Shown: one piece after another, positions 40,480 through 50,293 of the stretch
How positions within the stretch are numbered: the first letter of the stretch is position 1
Layout: every line of letters begins with the position of its first letter
IMG/VR virus record: IMGVR_UViG_3300036832_001373
Span: 64,001-128,000 of that record
DNA length: 64,000 nucleotides
Reading direction: 5' to 3' (one strand)
Source of the DNA: a virus
Program-made: the position numbers and the translations under genes
Notes under the pieces: generated by a model
What the model was told of the DNA's origin: nothing
The model's input: only the letters and a program-made list of their open reading frames with translations
Database searches by the model: none

Positions 40480-40817
40480 TCTTGATTCGTATAGTCTCTA
40501 CTAAATGTGCCTTTAAAGCGTCTACCAGACAGATCATGTTTGTCTTTATTTCCGTACTTATCGTCATCATCCATAGAACCATCTCCGATACCAGTATCAG
40601 AAACGCCTCCAGCAGAGGAAGTAGCGTCTCCTACCCCTTGAGTTCCAGGTATTTTTGTAGGAGTACCAACAACAGTACTACGTTGAATAAAATCCTGTCC
40701 TTTATTGAAACTACCAGTTCTACTATTATCAGATTTAAAATTTAAAGTTGGAATTTTAGGATCAGCACTACCGATCCTAGCATCAACTAGAGCTCTGATT
40801 TTATCTATAGTACTCAT
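40476..40817 (-). CDS. Hypothetical protein
   Basis: 113 aa hydrophilic ORF in the operon, with SD AGGA. Confidence 0.55.
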   Translation of the reverse strand: MSTIDKIRALVDARIGSADPKIPTLNFKSDNSRTGSFNKGQDFIQRSTVVGTPTKIPGTQGVGDATSSAGGVSDTGIGDGSMDDDDKYGNKDKHDLSGRRFKGTFSRDYTNQE

Positions 40818-40828
40818 GAGACATTTCC

Positions 40829-41521
40829 TTAGGCTGGAAAAGGATGATTAAATCCGAAAGCACCTACTTGTGGTCTAAATGATAGCAACCATGCAATCTG
40901 ATGCCTATTAGTGTTACTATTAACGGTATTATAAGTTATGGAACTCCCATCAGAAATCAAATGACCTCCAGATAAGCCACAATATCCTCCAGCAACTATG
41001 ACTCCAGTAAAAGGAGGAATTAGCGTACTAGGAGTTGTAGTAACAACATCTCCAGTTCCTCTTGGATCTACAGCACAAAATCCTACTACAAGATCTCCTT
41101 TAGCAGGAGTGCCAGTTACTGAAACATTGTTAGTTGCACTAACTGGACCAGAAATCAAATTAGTTGGATCAGAAGATGTCTTAATTCCTGTAGCATAGAA
41201 TGCACTAACTGCTGTCCCTCTTCCAGAGCTACCTTTTGTATAAATTATAGTATCTCCTGCAACTAATGGATTAGAGTTCCATGCAATATAGACTGCTGCC
41301 CAACCATAAGTATTATTGTTATTATTAGCTGCGCTAACTTTCTTAAGAAAAGAATTAGCTGATTTAGAGTCAGCTACACTTCCTGAAGCTGTAGTGCTAT
41401 CTTCATTAACTCCTATACATATAAAACTTCCACTTGGAACTCCTCCTGTAGGTACAGTCACGCTAGTAGTAGCACCACTAACACTATTGCCAGTTCCTAT
41501 ATCAACAACCGTTATAGTCAT
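40829..41521 (-). CDS. Beta-rich fibre-tip/receptor-binding-like protein
   Basis: S/T/G/V-rich, two similar beta domains, ATGA-coupled to the upstream collagen gene. Confidence 0.55.
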   Translation of the reverse strand: MTITVVDIGTGNSVSGATTSVTVPTGGVPSGSFICIGVNEDSTTASGSVADSKSANSFLKKVSAANNNNNTYGWAAVYIAWNSNPLVAGDTIIYTKGSSGRGTAVSAFYATGIKTSSDPTNLISGPVSATNNVSVTGTPAKGDLVVGFCAVDPRGTGDVVTTTPSTLIPPFTGVIVAGGYCGLSGGHLISDGSSITYNTVNSNTNRHQIAWLLSFRPQVGAFGFNHPFPA

Positions 41522-42744
41522 TGTAAAGCTTTAACTATATACGTAGAAGTTCCGTTAATTCTTCTGACTGATACAATAAACTGATGGCCTGATACCGTAT
41601 CGAAAGCCTCACCTACATTGGCACTAACTGACCAGGAACCAGAAAAAGTTATAGCTCCGGCAGTTGAACCGTTAATCACCAGAATATCAGTTGAGCCATC
41701 TAAAGTTGGAGGAGTAAACGCGAACGCTCCATTACAATTTAGATACTGTAAAGGCCCGGATCCAGGATTTACAGTTAGAGTTCCAGCAGCTATATTTCCT
41801 ATGAAATAGGAAGTTATATTAACTCCGCCAGAATAAGTCTGATTTTGAGCTGTCAGGCTCATAGAGCCTGAAGCAGCAACTCCAGTTGCTCCAGCTGGAC
41901 CAGTAGGCCCAGTAGGTCCTATAGTAGCAGCTGGTCCAGGTGGTCCAGAAGGTCCAGTAGCTCCAGAAGATCCTTGAAGACCCTGAGCACCAGTTGGTCC
42001 AGCAAACCCTTGAGGTCCAGGACCACCTTGAGGACCTATGGCTCCAGCTGGACCAGCTGGACCTGTAGGTCCAGGAGCTCCAGCTCCAACTGGACCCTGA
42101 GTACCTTGAGGTCCTGTTGCTCCAGTAGCTCCCGTAACGCCAGAAGCTCCTCCTCCCTGAGGCCCTTGATTACCTTGAGGACCAGTTGCACCAGTAGGTC
42201 CTATAAATCCTTGAGCTCCAGTTGGACCAGGGACGGAGGGTCCAGTAGCTCCAGTTGCTCCTAGACCTCCCTGAATTCCACTTGCTCCAGTAGCACCTTG
42301 GGTAGTAGCCGTTCCAGGAGGCCCAGTAGCACCTTGAGGACCAGTAGCGCCAGGAAGAGAAGGACCAGTAGAGCCAGTTGCTCCTACAGTATTAGCAGCT
42401 CCAGGAGGTCCTTGAATACCTTGAGGACCAGCTAGTCCCTGAGGTCCTGTAGCTCCTTGAATACCTGAAGTTCCCTGAGACCCTGTAGCTCCTTTAGCAC
42501 CAGAAGATCCAGTAGCACCTATAGTAGTAGCAGGTCCAGGAGGACCTGTAGCTCCTACCGGACCAGTAGGACCAGTGGATCCTGGATCTCCACTTGGAAA
42601 TACCTTACTTGATATCGATCCTGCTGCTACATTTCCTTTCTGAAGTTCTTCATAAATAATATTTTGTATATCACCAACAGAGTAAAACTGTGATTGAGGA
42701 GGTGGAACAGTAGGACCAGAAGCACCAGAGGCACCGTTAGACAT
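41518..42744 (-). CDS. Collagen-like fibre protein
   Basis: About 235 aa of G-X-Y (GAT/GPQ/GPT) repeats plus a ~100-aa C-terminal beta domain. Confidence 0.8.
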   Translation of the reverse strand: MSNGASGASGPTVPPPQSQFYSVGDIQNIIYEELQKGNVAAGSISSKVFPSGDPGSTGPTGPVGATGPPGPATTIGATGSSGAKGATGSQGTSGIQGATGPQGLAGPQGIQGPPGAANTVGATGSTGPSLPGATGPQGATGPPGTATTQGATGASGIQGGLGATGATGPSVPGPTGAQGFIGPTGATGPQGNQGPQGGGASGVTGATGATGPQGTQGPVGAGAPGPTGPAGPAGAIGPQGGPGPQGFAGPTGAQGLQGSSGATGPSGPPGPAATIGPTGPTGPAGATGVAASGSMSLTAQNQTYSGGVNITSYFIGNIAAGTLTVNPGSGPLQYLNCNGAFAFTPPTLDGSTDILVINGSTAGAITFSGSWSVSANVGEAFDTVSGHQFIVSVRRINGTSTYIVKALQ

Positions 42745-43227
42745 TTAAGATCCAATACTAAAGAAAGAGTGAGCTACTATATGTACGCATCCTTGAACTG
42801 CTATAGGCTCTCCACGCATAGGATTTAGGTGAGCTACTCTAGCATAGTGGCTTTCTATATGTTTTACTTCTGTACTGGAAACTTTCCACCACAACGATTG
42901 TGTAGTACCTTGGTTATTTCTAACTGCTATCAGTATAACTGATTCGTTTGGAATATAGTCCTTAACTTTAACTATAGCATCTAAAGGCAAGTTAGCTTCA
43001 TAGTTCTGACCTAGAATACTTATTACTTGATAATATCTATCATACTGAGGAACTATAGTAATATTGTCCTCAGTTCCGTAGTTAGAAATAAAATCCCCAT
43101 AGAAATCAATTTGATTTTCAACTATAGGTCTTCGTATCCTAGTGACAAGCCCCATCATATCTACGTTAACATCTCTGAGTTCAGCAAGGTATTCTGCAGA
43201 ACGATTAGCCAGAACTCTGAAATTCAT
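42745..43227 (-). CDS. Neck/head-closure protein (gp14-like, putative)
   Basis: Position; MMG....R......DFYGD and WKVSS motifs resemble head-closure proteins. Confidence 0.5.
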   Translation of the reverse strand: MNFRVLANRSAEYLAELRDVNVDMMGLVTRIRRPIVENQIDFYGDFISNYGTEDNITIVPQYDRYYQVISILGQNYEANLPLDAIVKVKDYIPNESVILIAVRNNQGTTQSLWWKVSSTEVKHIESHYARVAHLNPMRGEPIAVQGCVHIVAHSFFSIGS

Positions 43228-43520
43228 GTTTTCATTTTACCACAGTGAATACATTTTCCGTCTTTGTATTCATGATTGGTACACTCTTTTAGCTTAACAG
43301 ACTCAATTCCATACTTTTCGTTGTACCAATAAGTGGTTCCTTCTGGACATCCTTCCAAGAACCATTTGTTAGCAATCTGGTAGCGTTTATTAATATACTC
43401 ATTTATCGGAGTTTCGTCAAGATCTACTTTAATCTCCTCCAACTTGGAAAGAGATTTATAACGAATAACCGAGATTACCCTATTGTCTTCTTTCTCACAG
43501 ATGTAAGTTTCGAGCGTCAT
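43224..43520 (-). CDS. Hypothetical protein with C-terminal CxxH...CxxC
   Basis: 98 aa with an AGGAG SD. Confidence 0.55.
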   Translation of the reverse strand: MTLETYICEKEDNRVISVIRYKSLSKLEEIKVDLDETPINEYINKRYQIANKWFLEGCPEGTTYWYNEKYGIESVKLKECTNHEYKDGKCIHCGKMKT

Positions 43521-43589
43521 AGTCGTTGTACTCCTACGTAAAGCAGAGTGGAGAATTGCCTGCTCTGCTATAGAGAGGTGGTATATAAT

Positions 43590-45047
43590 CTAGTTAGCTC
43601 CTCCTGCACCTGCTGGTAGACCACCCCCAACCGAACATATGAGGGCGCCATTAATCATCTTTAGAACCCCAGGATGTCCATGGTCATCGCATGGGTCTCC
43701 CTCACATGGACTTGCCGGAGCAGCAGGAGGATCTCCTGGAGGCTCCTTACCAGAAAGCGGGACTATTCCTCCGTCCTCATCAAGACAAGTGAACAAAACT
43801 TCTTCAGAAGTCTCTCTGATCTCACAGACCAGAGATTCTCCAAGTTTCTTTACTTTTCCTTCCTTTCCATTGAAAGAACACTTATCTCCTTCTTGACAAT
43901 TCTCAGAGAATGTCTTGAAGTCGGAGAAATGATGAGTATAAGTGGTATTGTCAACTACACAACACATTTTTCCTTCAATGATCTTGAGTTTACCCTTCCC
44001 ATTGGGTCCGCAACTATCTCCCTCGAAGAACACTTCGTCTAAGTCTAAATCTTCTAAGAACGACTCTTCTACCATACAAACGAAACTGTCTCCAAGCTTG
44101 TACAAAACTCCTTGTTTTCCACCTTCTCCCTGACAAGGATCCCCTTCCTTCTTATCTCCGATATCTTCAGCCAACTTATACGGAACGTATTTAGTATAGA
44201 AACTTTCAACAACTTTTTCTTGTTCAGATTCCTGGAGCCTGATTTCGTAGAAGGTGTCTTCATTCTTTCGATCAAGGGTCCTAGTTACCTTGATTGGAAG
44301 AGTTTCCAAGATAGTATTCAAAGCTGCCGGACGTTCACCATTAATCGAAACTCTAACTGCACCCTCTACTGTACGGATTTTCCAGTCCTTTGGACAAGCT
44401 TCATTCAACTTATTCTGAAGGTAGCCTAGAAGCTTAGAGTCAACTTCTCTGTAGAGACTTTCGGTTTCTACTATATGACGAGTTTCTTGAGCTCGATTCT
44501 TTTCTCTAATACTAACTACATTGATATTGTCACTAGCTGGAACATCGATACGATCAAACTTGGATAGAATTTTAAGTTTCTCACTCAAAGGCGTATCTTT
44601 AACTATAGTACGTACAGGTAACCTGATATGGGTAATCCCCTCTTTAACATAAGACTTCTCAAGTGAGGTAGACTTATTGCTTAGATAGGATGTCACCAGG
44701 TCAGGACTAACTCGTTCCTTGAGGAGTATGTCCGATAGAGACAGATCTTTAAGATCGATAGCATCAGACAGTTGATCTTCAAAGAAGAGATTGTCTGAAG
44801 CAAATTTAAGATCTTCTGCTCTAGTAAACTTATAGTATTTAGTCTCTACAATTTGTTTATCTACTTTCTTAGATTGAGGATCCTTTGGATCGCTCAACTC
44901 TTGAATAGTAGCAAATCTATGATTTACCACATATACATCGTTATTTTTATCCACCTCAAGTTGAATAAACGCACCTTTTGGATAATTAATCTTATTAGAC
45001 TTGGTCTCGAATACAAAATCGGTACCAGTGAAAGTTGCCATACGCAT
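43590..45047 (-). CDS. Putative prohead core/internal protein with four EGDxC repeats
   Basis: Acidic 485 aa protein; repeats visible in the C-terminal third. Confidence 0.6.
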   Translation of the reverse strand: MRMATFTGTDFVFETKSNKINYPKGAFIQLEVDKNNDVYVVNHRFATIQELSDPKDPQSKKVDKQIVETKYYKFTRAEDLKFASDNLFFEDQLSDAIDLKDLSLSDILLKERVSPDLVTSYLSNKSTSLEKSYVKEGITHIRLPVRTIVKDTPLSEKLKILSKFDRIDVPASDNINVVSIREKNRAQETRHIVETESLYREVDSKLLGYLQNKLNEACPKDWKIRTVEGAVRVSINGERPAALNTILETLPIKVTRTLDRKNEDTFYEIRLQESEQEKVVESFYTKYVPYKLAEDIGDKKEGDPCQGEGGKQGVLYKLGDSFVCMVEESFLEDLDLDEVFFEGDSCGPNGKGKLKIIEGKMCCVVDNTTYTHHFSDFKTFSENCQEGDKCSFNGKEGKVKKLGESLVCEIRETSEEVLFTCLDEDGGIVPLSGKEPPGDPPAAPASPCEGDPCDDHGHPGVLKMINGALICSVGGGLPAGAGGAN

Positions 45048-45103
45048 GGTCTAGTCCTTTCTAGATTCTCTCTATCCTATGAAGTCTTTAAGTGTTAGGA
45101 CTC

Positions 45104-45736
45104 TTATAGATGATCTTCTATAGCTGCATTATTAGCAGCAAAGGTTTTTAAGAGCCAGCAATTTAAATCTGTGGTGTGACGCTTCATTCTAGGACCTTTA
45201 CCTGACTGACCACAATAAGGACAAGTAAAAATTTGTTTATTAATATGATTAGGACTAGCAACTGAAACTTTCTGAGCATTCCCAGTAAAGAACATATTTA
45301 TATCTGGTCTTTGACTAATATGAGTTCCACTAGTTAATTGAGACACTATTCCTGCTTTGCCAGCTGCTCCTGTATGAAACGGAGTTTTACCAGTCTGACT
45401 TGAATGAGTTCCTCTAGCTAATTGGGACTTAGAACCACGGTGCCCTCCAATTTTACCAGCTCTTGATCTATCTTCCGAAGATAATTTAGAACTCCACGTA
45501 TTACTGTAATGCTGACCTCTAGGGTAATTAAACGTATCTGCCCACTCCCACTCCCGATCTCCTGCAAACCTAGCTCCAACTGAAATAGGCCAAGTATCTA
45601 GTATCTCTATTATAATATGATCACCTCTTTTTCTTTTATGCGTAAAACATCTTTGCTCAAAGTCACTAGTACATCCTACGTAGTTTTCAGAGTGAATTAC
45701 GTAGAGAACATAGCACCAGATCCCATCAACGAACAT
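45104..45736 (-). CDS. GIY-YIG-like free-standing endonuclease with C-terminal zinc finger
   Basis: YVLY...YVGCTSDFEQR..H...E; repeated GTH.SQ / SPNH; CPYC...MKRH...C. Confidence 0.7.
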   Translation of the reverse strand: MFVDGIWCYVLYVIHSENYVGCTSDFEQRCFTHKRKRGDHIIIEILDTWPISVGARFAGDREWEWADTFNYPRGQHYSNTWSSKLSSEDRSRAGKIGGHRGSKSQLARGTHSSQTGKTPFHTGAAGKAGIVSQLTSGTHISQRPDINMFFTGNAQKVSVASPNHINKQIFTCPYCGQSGKGPRMKRHTTDLNCWLLKTFAANNAAIEDHL

Positions 45737-45751
45737 TGTTACACCTCATTC

Positions 45752-46123
45752 TTATATTAGTGCTCCTTCGTGTCCTCGTATTGAGATTATATCAGCTACA
45801 TCCTTGAACTTCCTATCCGTTACCTCTGGGATGTACGGACTAGGAGCATTATCTAGGATAGAAGCTTTAAGCGATATCTCTCCATCTTCTTCTGCTACAA
45901 GTGAGAAAGATGCTGGCTTTATCACCTTGGATAGATCCTGGAGAGCAGTTTTATGTCTAACACGAAGTACTGTTCCACTACTGCCTATATACAAATCGCC
46001 ATTCTGGTCTTGGATATAGGAGATTGACTCGCCTTCACCTATAGTTACCAATCCTTTGTTAGTTAAAATTTCTATTTGTATAATCGATATACAATTAGGA
46101 TCGTAGTTATCAGTAATTAACAT
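45752..46123 (-). CDS. Hypothetical protein
   Basis: 123 aa ORF between endonuclease insertions. Confidence 0.55.
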   Translation of the reverse strand: MLITDNYDPNCISIIQIEILTNKGLVTIGEGESISYIQDQNGDLYIGSSGTVLRVRHKTALQDLSKVIKPASFSLVAEEDGEISLKASILDNAPSPYIPEVTDRKFKDVADIISIRGHEGALI

Positions 46124-46610
46124 CACCGCCTATCTTCTTATAGAAGTTTGTATGTTGAAGAGTACTAGCTAGCAAGAGAAGATGTTTGCACATACCAGGA
46201 ATCATATTAGGGTTCCTTAGTGGATAACGAGGATCCCAGACAGGGGTTTTTCTAACATATGGTTTAAATCTTGTTCCAAACGAACAACCTCTGACTTGGT
46301 TAGCGAATGAAAAGTTAAAGTAGTATGCCTTGCAACTACATCTTACTCCAACGTTATTATTAGGAGAAGGAGCTTCTTTAGTAACATCAACTCCGTAAAA
46401 AGCAATCTGAGAAATATAAGCTCCCATAGATAATTCGTCTGGATTACCTATTCCTGAAGCCCTAACTGTAGCTGTCGCTACTCTAATTTTAGTACCAATG
46501 TAAGAATTAAATCTCATAGACTCGACGACGTTTCTGCCGTCCATATAACGTATCATACCAATAGGTAGGACAGCTTCGGTTCCATTAACTAGTTGAAGAA
46601 GAGTTATCAT
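46110..46610 (-). CDS. SWIM-type zinc-finger protein
   Basis: VRCSCKAY...RNP...GMCKHL motif. Confidence 0.7.
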   Translation of the reverse strand: MITLLQLVNGTEAVLPIGMIRYMDGRNVVESMRFNSYIGTKIRVATATVRASGIGNPDELSMGAYISQIAFYGVDVTKEAPSPNNNVGVRCSCKAYYFNFSFANQVRGCSFGTRFKPYVRKTPVWDPRYPLRNPNMIPGMCKHLLLLASTLQHTNFYKKIGGDVNY

Positions 46611-47245
46611 TAAACATGATCTTCAATAGCTATATTGGTGGCAGCAAAGATACCTAATATTGGACAATTTAAACCAGAAACATGACGCTTCCACATAGCT
46701 CCAAAGCCAGACTTTCCACAATAAGGACAACTAAAAAATTGTTTTGATATATGGTTAGGACCAGCAGCTGATAATCTACCTGCTACTCCAGTAGAAACCA
46801 TATTTATATCAGGTCTCTTACTTATATGGTTAGGTCCTTTAGCTGATGCTCTTTGAGCTACTCCAGTCTGGAACCCAGAAGTCCCAAGTTTAGCTGCTCC
46901 ACCTTTACTACCTCCAATCTTACCAGCCATTGATTGATGTTCAGATGTAAAATATAGCTCAGCTGTACGTTTTCCTGCGTGTTCTCTCATTTCCTGAGTA
47001 ATACTTCTACTATTCCAATTCTCGGAGTAATGAGGACCTCTTTCATATCCAAATGCATCACACCATTCCCACTCCCTGTTACCAACAAAATTATCTCCAA
47101 CAGACATTGGCCAAGTATCTAATATTTCAAACTCCCCATCTTTGAATCCTTGTCTATAGCAACGTCTAGGATAATCGTCAGTACAACCTACCTTGACACC
47201 AATTATGTGATATACTACATAGCACATTATACCATCGATTAGCAT
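46610..47245 (-). CDS. GIY-YIG-like free-standing endonuclease with C-terminal zinc finger
   Basis: Close paralog of 45104-45736 (EILDTWP, REWEW, RPDINM, AIEDH). Confidence 0.7.
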   Translation of the reverse strand: MLIDGIMCYVVYHIIGVKVGCTDDYPRRCYRQGFKDGEFEILDTWPMSVGDNFVGNREWEWCDAFGYERGPHYSENWNSRSITQEMREHAGKRTAELYFTSEHQSMAGKIGGSKGGAAKLGTSGFQTGVAQRASAKGPNHISKRPDINMVSTGVAGRLSAAGPNHISKQFFSCPYCGKSGFGAMWKRHVSGLNCPILGIFAATNIAIEDHV

Positions 47246-47247
47246 TC

Positions 47248-47748
47248 TTAACTCCCATAGTCTACACCAATTATTAGTGACGCGCTGGCGGCAGGGTTGG
47301 CGACATCTTGTTCTCGTGGACGAGAACGAGGGTCGGGGTAGTATTTCTTTTTCTTTGGAAATTTGTCATCTTGATTGTTTGGATTAGTAGGTTGAGTTAC
47401 AGGAACTGTAGACAAAGAGTTAGGACCAGACGAGGCAGACCAGAAGCCAGGATGGTATCCGTAAAGTGCACTTGAGGTAACTTGAGAAGTATCTTCGTTC
47501 ATATCATCTCTAAAATGTTTATACAAACTTTTAACAACAAGTCCAAGAGTTGGATTTACAGCTCCGGCTATTAAGCCTAAAGTATGACCAGTAATATCTT
47601 TATTCTTTTTACTAGAGATAGCTTTCTTTCCCATATTTCTAGCAGTTCTAGCTAACTGCTGTTTATAGGTACCATACGGCTTAGTTGGAGGCCACTGTCT
47701 TTTCGCTTCGTCGTAAACGTCTTCTAGAACTTCTAGAACGTAAGACAT
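47248..47748 (-). CDS. Putative internal head protein
   Basis: Begins MSYVLEVLE. Confidence 0.5.
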   Translation of the reverse strand: MSYVLEVLEDVYDEAKRQWPPTKPYGTYKQQLARTARNMGKKAISSKKNKDITGHTLGLIAGAVNPTLGLVVKSLYKHFRDDMNEDTSQVTSSALYGYHPGFWSASSGPNSLSTVPVTQPTNPNNQDDKFPKKKKYYPDPRSRPREQDVANPAASASLIIGVDYGS

Positions 47749-47756
47749 ATCAGAGC

Positions 47757-48815
47757 CTATTGATTCTGACCACTCTTAACCCAGGCACTTCTATTTCTTG
47801 ACCAGTGCATCTCATGACCTTCATGGTCGTACATATGACCTATAAAGCCAGCTGGAGCACCGTTATCTTCATATCCGACAGTATGTCCAGGACCAAGATC
47901 TCTAACTTGGTCAATTGCATCTTTCTTGTCATAATGTTTTCCAACAACATTTTGAGACGGATCAAAAACATGATATGTTCCAGCTTCTTTTAGTCCAAGC
48001 TTTTTAGCAACCATTTCTCTAACTTTTTCCCTGATAACATTGTTTGGTTCAATTTGACTGGCAAGATGCGGTGCTCCTTCAGGTGAAGCTGAAGACTTAG
48101 TAACAGTCACACCACCTACCAAGATGTTATTCATCCTACCAGGATCTAAAAATTGATTTTCAGACTCAGAGCCCACGTCGAAATACCAATTTCCAGGTGC
48201 TCCTAGGATCCGACCTACACGAATTTTTGCAAGACCAGATCTCATTCGACGGTGGATGTCCCAGTAGACTGCTTGCTTAGCAATCTGAGTTCGACTCGGA
48301 GAAGAGAATCTCAGAGTTACAGCTTCCTGAATTGTATCCATGGTATCTTCATTCTCCTCATGAGCTGGAATTCCTTGAGCCCTTCTAGCTACTTCGTCTC
48401 CATCAAAATGAACATCTACCCTATGACCAGAAGGATGTTTAAAACTTCTTTGGAATAAATCTCCAGAGGATGGTCCGTAGCTAGTAGCATGGTAGTTTCT
48501 ATTGAACAGAGTCTTATGAACTTTATTTCGTCCAAGTCCTTTTAATTTTGCAACTTCTGGATCCGATAGGGGAGAATCGGGGTTCACTCCTCCAGACTCT
48601 TTAACTCCACTTCCTGAAGTTATCTCTCCAGCCATGGAGGTATCACAAACCATTTTATCTCCAACTCTTTTCAGAACTCCAGACTTACCTCCTATAGTAC
48701 AAGCTCTACCCTCTTGAGTAAACCATTGAAGAGGTTGTTTTGGATCTGTCGTAGTCCAAGTTTGAGGTTGGATATCAAAATTAGCTGAAGTTGTTGACTC
48801 TCGAAGAAGAGACAT
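47757..48815 (-). CDS. Putative multi-module internal head protein
   Basis: MSLLRES start; modules separated by VKES/IQEA/LKEA; one EGxxC repeat. Confidence 0.5.
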   Translation of the reverse strand: MSLLRESTTSANFDIQPQTWTTTDPKQPLQWFTQEGRACTIGGKSGVLKRVGDKMVCDTSMAGEITSGSGVKESGGVNPDSPLSDPEVAKLKGLGRNKVHKTLFNRNYHATSYGPSSGDLFQRSFKHPSGHRVDVHFDGDEVARRAQGIPAHEENEDTMDTIQEAVTLRFSSPSRTQIAKQAVYWDIHRRMRSGLAKIRVGRILGAPGNWYFDVGSESENQFLDPGRMNNILVGGVTVTKSSASPEGAPHLASQIEPNNVIREKVREMVAKKLGLKEAGTYHVFDPSQNVVGKHYDKKDAIDQVRDLGPGHTVGYEDNGAPAGFIGHMYDHEGHEMHWSRNRSAWVKSGQNQ

Positions 48816-48898
48816 TAGGGCCTCCTTATAAAGTAGGCAACAACAACGACAATTACAACTAGAAACACAGCACCTATTATCATTTCGTTGTAATTCAT
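48815..48898 (-). CDS. 27-aa single-TM micropeptide (absent from the ORF track)
   Basis: MNYNEMIIGAVFLVVIVVVVAYFIRRP; fills the gap exactly, with a TAATG overlap to the next gene. Confidence 0.65.
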   Translation of the reverse strand: MNYNEMIIGAVFLVVIVVVVAYFIRRP

Positions 48899-48899
48899 C

Positions 48900-49655
48900 T
48901 TATCCCCAATAGATAGGTATAATCATTTGATCTGTTACTTCTTTATCAACCTTGGCTTGCAAATCGTCTCTTTTCTTCGTTAGAGCCGTCATGTCTAATT
49001 TAAAGTCAGCGTTGACAGCTATATTGCTTCTAGCAGAGATTACTGTATCAAGAAAATTAACACAAGCCATTTTACGGAAAAGATCAATTTGTCTATTTGG
49101 AACGTATTGAAGTCCTACTGACTCATCAAATCCAAAAGCATAAAATGCTGTAAACTGTCCATAAGCATTTGGAGTTACGTATCGTATAACTCCTAGAACT
49201 TCATCGTATTCAACTTCAATCTCACCTGTTATAATTGATACTTCTGTACGATAGCGAACTATTTCAGCTAAATCAAGAGAGCCAGGATATACTTTATAGG
49301 ATGGATTAGGATAAGGCACACCCAATAAATAGCTATCAATATTGTTACCGATAGCACCAAGAGCTCCATCTTCAATTCTGGATACTCCTAAAAAGTAAGC
49401 TGCAGCTTGAGCCTGAGGATTGTCCATAAACGCGTTGTTAGTTATATTCTCAACTGTATCTGTTACATTACCTTTAGCTGCTGAGGAGTAATAAGTTCTC
49501 CAAGTATAAGGAAATGCTAGCCAGTAGGATACCAAGGCGCTATTGATAGCAGTTTGAATTGTATCAGATTCTTCATCAATAGATTGAACTATTGGATCAC
49601 CTATTTGAGCTTTAATATAGTTTATAACAAGTTGTTGTTTAGTCTCACTTAGCAT
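48900..49655 (-). CDS. Neck/head-tail adaptor (gp13-like)
   Basis: LVINYIKAQIGDPIV..ID...IQTAINSAL N-terminus and PIYWG C-terminus, typical of gp13-like adaptors. Confidence 0.75.
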   Translation of the reverse strand: MLSETKQQLVINYIKAQIGDPIVQSIDEESDTIQTAINSALVSYWLAFPYTWRTYYSSAAKGNVTDTVENITNNAFMDNPQAQAAAYFLGVSRIEDGALGAIGNNIDSYLLGVPYPNPSYKVYPGSLDLAEIVRYRTEVSIITGEIEVEYDEVLGVIRYVTPNAYGQFTAFYAFGFDESVGLQYVPNRQIDLFRKMACVNFLDTVISARSNIAVNADFKLDMTALTKKRDDLQAKVDKEVTDQMIIPIYWG

Positions 49656-50160
49656 CAAACTGCTCCAACGCCATAGAGCGTAGGGACTCTAGAGACTTTT
49701 TCTGGTAGACGTACCCTATCTTTTCAGCTACATAGTCTCTCAAAGCTTCCCAGTCTACAGTTTCTTCAATCTCCTTTCTAGAAGAAAAAGCGGAAGGCTT
49801 AGGTGCGAACTCAGGTTGAGAACCTTCGCCTTCCGAGTCTGGGGAGGAAACCACATCAGCATCAGCCGACGCCTCCTCAGGGATGTCAAGTACCTGAGGA
49901 AGAGGTTTAGGTGGGTCTGGAGCCCTGGATGAACTAGACCCACCCCCAGTCTCACTAGTGCTTTCGCCGGGACTATCACTAGGAGTCTGAGCTTTAGGGT
50001 TAACTATATCTTCAGCTATAACTATAAATCCAGCCCTATGTAAAACTATTAGTTCTTTTGTTACTTGAACTCTGAGTCCTATCTTCGGTACGTTATACCC
50101 TTGAGCGCAAATTGAGTCCTTTCCCTTCGGAGGAAGTATAGTCATCATTTTTCCAAGCAT
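49645..50160 (-). CDS. Hypothetical protein with disordered linker and C-terminal helix-extension-helix (Inh-like, tentative)
   Basis: S/P/E-rich middle; EALRDYVAEKIG...KKSLESLR. Confidence 0.4.
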   Translation of the reverse strand: MLGKMMTILPPKGKDSICAQGYNVPKIGLRVQVTKELIVLHRAGFIVIAEDIVNPKAQTPSDSPGESTSETGGGSSSSRAPDPPKPLPQVLDIPEEASADADVVSSPDSEGEGSQPEFAPKPSAFSSRKEIEETVDWEALRDYVAEKIGYVYQKKSLESLRSMALEQFDAK

Positions 50161-50293
50161 ATTGACCCCTTCTAGTGTTACGGTTTTATTATATCGTAAT
50201 GATCATGAATATCCCAAGTTATCAATGAGACAATTAAAATCCATACTATAATTGCTGTAAAGGTTAGTATGAGTATAAACTTAAGTTCGTCAC

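Noticed and set aside
33029-42264. Many + strand ORFs rich in P-V-A-P or S-S-R
   Set aside because: They are antisense shadows of the collagen G-X-Y codon repeats.
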